Assembly (NCBI GenBank): GCA_037447605.1
Contig: CM074812.1
Coordinates: forward strand, 124,001-188,000
Direction of reading: 5' to 3'
From: Zygnema circumcarinatum SAG 698-1b
Lineage: Eukaryota; Plantae; Zygnematophyceae
Length of the DNA: 64,000 nucleotides
The notes under the pieces were generated by a model. It saw only the letters and a list, made by a program, of their open reading frames with translations. It was not told the DNA's origin and made no database searches. Shown in pieces: positions 59,601 to 64,000 of this stretch. The first letter of the stretch is position 1. Each line of letters starts with the position of its first letter. Both the position numbers and the translations under genes were made by a program.

Positions 59601-62600
59601 CAAATATTCTGTGCCGAAGGAGGTTCTGAAACTTGTTGAATCTTTACAATTGCAGATATCACAATTGGAGGCTCGAAATCGAGCAACAGAAATGGCGCAA
59701 GAGGAGGCAGCTGGACGTGTCACAGAAGCGACCCGCCCCCTTATCCGACAGGTATTGAATGCCTAAAATCCTAAAGACTAAAAAACAAATGTTAAATCCC
59801 AAAGTTTTTTCACTTCCTCGTTGTTTCCTAGTTCTTCGTTATCCTGGCATTGCTTTTGACTTAACAACTCTCTTTGATTTGATCACGATTACGTTCTCCC
59901 CTTATCAGATGGAAGGCATGAGTGCCCACATCTCTCGGCTGGAAGCTGCTGTTCAAGAAAGAGAAAGGCAGCTTCAGCAGCAGCTTGGAGAGCTCGAAAG
60001 AGCCCAAAAGATGGCTTCGGAAGTGCAAAAGCGAGCAGACAGCAGCTCTGCTTCTGCAGAAAGGCGGGCAGAGATGGCAGAGAAAGTGGCAGCAGATGCG
60101 CGTGCTGAAGCCATGGCTGCCCAGCACCGCCTTAAGGAGGATGAGGGAGAGAGGAAGGTGAGCCCTTTGTTCCATGTCTGTTGAAAGTTGTAGACTGAAT
60201 GGTTGAGGTAAAAGTTTGGCATGTGTGTTTGGGGTCCCCGTAATTCCGCGTTTAGTCAGAGTTATGCCAAAGTCAGATTCATGGCATGTCAAGACCGAAA
60301 CCTTGTCCATTTTGCTTGGAGAATAGAAGATTCTGAAAGGTGGAAACTTCAGAAAGTTTCAGAAATTTTTAGAAAGTGTTTACTCGTGATCCTTTACTCC
60401 GAGACCCTATCAACCTCGCCCCATTCACTGCTTGTCAGATCGATTTGTGACACATTTGACGACTTAAGGTATGATGAAAGTATGTGCACACATGTTTGGG
60501 TGAATGCAGGCTCTGAGGGAGCAGTTCCGAGCAGCCTTGGAGCAGGCCACAGTGGCGGAAGAGGGACAAAGGGAGGCCATGTTGGCACTCGCTTCCGCTC
60601 GAGAACAAAAGGAGGTGGGGACAATTCTCTAGCTACTAGTAACTGCCTATTCATCAGCTATTATTATTCTGGCTCAATGCAACTTTATTTGACTTTATTT
60701 GCACAACTTCAGCTTTATCTCGTCAACTTTTTCATTCAGCCAGGGGTATTCAACAATGTTTGGATAATCAGCATCTCGTTCATTAAACCCTTGAGACTCG
60801 AGTCTTTAAAGGTCTTTTATTGATCAAGAGAAAAATTGGGAGCAGGCAGCCGAGCGAGCTTTAGAAGTGAAGAAATTGGAGCTGAAGGCGGAACTGGAGG
60901 AGGAGAAGCGAAGAATAGAACAAGACAGGGTAAGCTTGGTTGGAAAATTTTGAAATCTGAATAATCGCTAAAACTCAAAATCCCCAATACTCGAAAGCCT
61001 GGAAAACCCTGTAATTCAAGACACAGCGGAATAGAAAACAATTCTTACTATATTGCAATCAATTAACAGTCCAAAGCATATGCAAATTTAGCAAGCATCC
61101 AGGGTTCCAATCATTGTGCCGCTCAAATGTTTGTAAGACTGCTCAAGTCTTAAAACTGAATCCATGCAGGCTGGACTTGAAAGAAGAGAGAGGGAGTTGG
61201 TGAAGTTGAGCAGTAGCCCGGGCAGCCTTCATTCAAGCAGGCAGAACAGTGGGAAAGAAAGTAACGGATGGCAAGAGGAGGATTTGAGTGAGAGCCGAAG
61301 CCGAGCCACTTTGTGGGACGAATCGGCTGCTGCCAGCTGGAAAGCGATGAGTCTATCTGGAAGTGGCAGAGAAGCTGAGGGGCTTTCTGCCTCCTCTAAA
61401 GGTGGCGGAGGAGCGGTGGCTATGGAGAGGCTCCTTGCAAAAGTGAAGTGAGTATGTCTATGGTCTTGAAATAGAAACTCGAAACATCTCGAGTCGATGT
61501 TTTTTTTGTCACATTGTAGTTGTTGAATGTATCGCACATTCGTTGATGGTATACAGTAATGTTAGAGCTTCGAAACTGAAAGACCTCGGACCGCTGTGCA
61601 GGCAGCAAGGTGGAGAGATAGCTCATTTGCAGAAGGAGCTGATGGCTGCAAAATCTGCAAGGGAACATGCAGCAGATGAGCTCCTGAAGGTTTCAGAACA
61701 ACTGCATTCTCTGCGGCAGGCAAGATTTCCCTCTGGGTTCTTGAGGGTGGAAAGCCATATTCTTACTTCGATTTTATCTGTTTTCTTGATACAGTCGTAA
61801 TGGTGTATTGTTTCTGTCAGCTTCGTAAATGCATTTGGGTTGACTGCTGTTATCTCTTCAATTGAGTTACATTCAGATGTGCATACCTGGATAACCACGG
61901 CAGTATAATTTTTTCTGTTGTGCAGGAAAGCTCTCGAGCGCCACAAATTGCTAAGGAACTGGAAGAGCTAAAGAAGCGACATGACATGGCGCTGGTCATA
62001 ATAGGAGAACGGAATGAAAAGGTGACGCTCTAATTCAAATTCAGGATGTCTTACTCTGTGTAGTGTCTCTGGTTGCAAGCCTGCCTGCCTTCTTCCTTCC
62101 CTTCCTACCCTCCCTCCCTCCTTCCCTCCCTCAATTACACGCTTCAGATCATTTTGTAACTTGCCAGTAGTAGCCGCAAGAAAAAATTCATATCTCCGGC
62201 AAAAGTGTCCACAATTAATGCATTTGGCGCATATTCAAATAAGCCTTGGTAAATATTCGGTATGTGTGGGAAACTGCCAGGCAGAAGAGCTGGAGGCCGA
62301 CCTGGCGGACGTGAAGGCGCTGTATAGGGAGCAGATGAACTTTATGGTGAACGAGGTGAGGAACTTGACCGCCTCCTCTCTCTTGTTCCTTTTCCTCTCC
62401 CCCTCCAATTCCCTTTGCCCATTGTCTCCCAACCCCTCTCCCTCGTTCTCTCCCTTCTTCCACTTCCCTCCTTCCCACCCTCCACTGTTCTCCCGCTCCC
62501 TATTCCTCTTCCAGCAGCTATCCGTACCCAGCTATGTGCAGTGCAGAAGGAAGAGTAGCTGCAGCAACTCTTTGAATTCGCGTCCTTATAAAACAGTTCA

Positions 62601-62720
62601 TCGTTGGTGGTGTTCGGCCACAGATTGATCCGGAGAAGTGGCCCAACGGCTACAGGATCTGCCTCTTCTGCTCGCACTGCTCCCAAGTGCAGAGAAGTAG
62701 AAAGCGAGGGAACTCCTGAA
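56614..62720 (+). CDS. TMF1/golgin candidate 5 (GC5)-like coiled-coil protein; many exons, start and last exon uncertain
   Basis: Continuous heptad exons; EATRPLIRQMEGM; C-terminal TMF domain ELEELKKRHDMALVIIGERNEK|AEELEADLADVKALYREQMNFMVNE. Confidence 0.8.
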
Positions 62721-63149
62721 GCCGTAGGCCACTCACCTTGTTGCTTTTGGTCTCACCGCATTGGTGCCACCTGCGTTTTTCTTTATTGTGTGATACAACA
62801 ATGTATTGTATGCAAGAACAAAAAAGTTTTCTTCGTCATTGGTTCGAGCGTGGCCGTGTGGTCGGTCAGATTTGTGTCCACTCATTCGTGTTCGTGATAC
62901 TTGTTGGAGTAACCAATGGTGTTGTTGAATTGTTCTTCTCCTTTACCTCTGGTCCTTCATTTTGTGTGGTTCTTGCTGTAGTCGCTCACGCTCGGTGTTG
63001 CTCACATTGTGGTTCACACGCCATTGTTCGCCGCGTACCCAACACATGGGCCGTGGCGTGCCCTTTTCTGCATGACGTTTGACTGAAGTTCACAAGACTT
63101 GAGAACGGCCGCCCCCTCTGCAGAAAATAAAAAACAAATAAACAAGCCA

Positions 63150-63262
63150 AACAGCCGACCAACCGACCAACCGACCACTTAACGAACGAACCAAGTACAG
63201 TAACCAATTAACCTACAACCGACAAACCGACCAACTAACCAGCAACCGACAACCAACCAAAG
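63150..63262 (+). repeat. Degenerate AACC/GACC tetranucleotide-like tract containing six RCCGAC motifs
   Basis: acagccgaccaaccgaccaaccgacc...caaccgacaaaccgacc...caaccgacaaccaacc. Confidence 0.7.
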
Positions 63263-63699
63263 CCCAGCGTCCCCGCGTCACGTTCGTTGGCATCCTCGCA
63301 CGGCCGTAGGGTCTAACCGTACGACAGCACTGCGGCTGGGCGGCAGTTTGTCGTTTGGTAAAAATCCTTGCCTAGTGCTGACGCCACCATGATTCTCCAG
63401 TCTGCCAGAAACGTCATACAGGCTGCCCACGTAGGAATGGTCCGCAGGCTGCCACGTGGAGGGTCTGAATACGACGGTGGATATCACTTCATCGCACTCG
63501 GTCAGCGAATGGGTCGCCTCGGGGCGGGTCTCTCACGTGGGTATGGGAGCCAATCAGAACGAGAAATCTTCACCTGGCGAGGACGCTGGCCAGTAAGAGC
63601 GCGTTGTTTCATTCCGCACCGACATTTGGACTGTCGCAGCAGCAAGGCTTTCTACTGTGTCGGCGAGTTCGACGTTATGCCCAGACCCCATCACGTTTG

Positions 63700-63870
63700 T
63701 GAGGGGGGGGGGGAGAGGGAGAGAGAGGGAGAGAGGACAGAGGGAGTGCGAGGGAGGGAGAGAGAGAGAGGGGGACCTGGAGGACAGAGGGGGGGCGAGG
63801 GAGAGAGGGAGGGAGGGGGAGAGAGAGAGGGAGAGGGAGAGGGAGGGAGGGAGGGAGAGAGGGACAAGAG
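63700..63870 (+). repeat. G/GA-rich polypurine tract upstream of the ATG at 63891
   Basis: (GGGA/GA)n runs. Confidence 0.85.
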
Positions 63871-63890
63871 AGCAGGTTCTGTAGGCAGCC

Positions 63891-64000
63891 ATGGCTCCCC
63901 CCTCCTCCTCTTTGTTGGTCTCCCTCGCTGTGGCCTGCGCGCTCCTCATCGCGTTCACTTCGTGCAGCACAGGAGGGGGGCAGCACGCGCTCCGCTTTCT
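63891..64000 (+). CDS. 5' end of a secreted or membrane protein (signal peptide), truncated by the window edge
   Basis: GCAGCC-ATG-G context; MAPPSSSLLVSLAVACALLIAFTSCSTGGGQHALRF, open to the window end. Confidence 0.6.
   Translation, partial: MAPPSSSLLVSLAVACALLIAFTSCSTGGGQHALRF

Noticed and set aside
63554-63986. Minus-strand ORFs near the window end
   Set aside because: They run through a CT-repeat. The plus-strand reading from the palindromic GCCATGGC gives a convincing signal peptide instead.

Overview
This is a gene-dense eukaryotic nuclear window with short GT-AG introns and GCC-ATG-G start contexts. The gene set is plant-type, most consistent with a streptophyte green alga such as a zygnematophyte (organism is my inference). 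I can assemble 17 protein-coding loci. In order: the 5' end of an intron-rich ERECTA/SERK-type LRR receptor, head-to-head with a ~26-LRR RD receptor kinase; an RCC1-repeat protein; a bacterial-type cupin; ATP-citrate lyase B; two divergent RING E3 ligases; a PTST2/3-like CBM48 starch protein; a SlyD/SlpA-type FKBP; a five-bladed beta-propeller glycoside hydrolase-like protein; a Bet1/Sft1 SNARE; a compact plastid-type TadA; a PHL/Spt20-like protein with a ~130-residue polyQ; an SNM1/Apollo-like nuclease; a Methyltransf_32-like protein; a TMF1/GC5 golgin; and the start of a secreted protein. The main non-coding results are an intact 397-bp hAT-type MITE (10-bp TIR, perfect 8-bp TSD) and recurrent promoter-proximal clusters of GTAC (the SBP/SPL/CRR1 core motif). 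Some clusters show 10/20-bp helical phasing, and the MITE itself carries the same motif. I found no CRISPR, rRNA or tRNA. Exon boundaries were read by eye and family assignments come from recalled motifs, not database searches.
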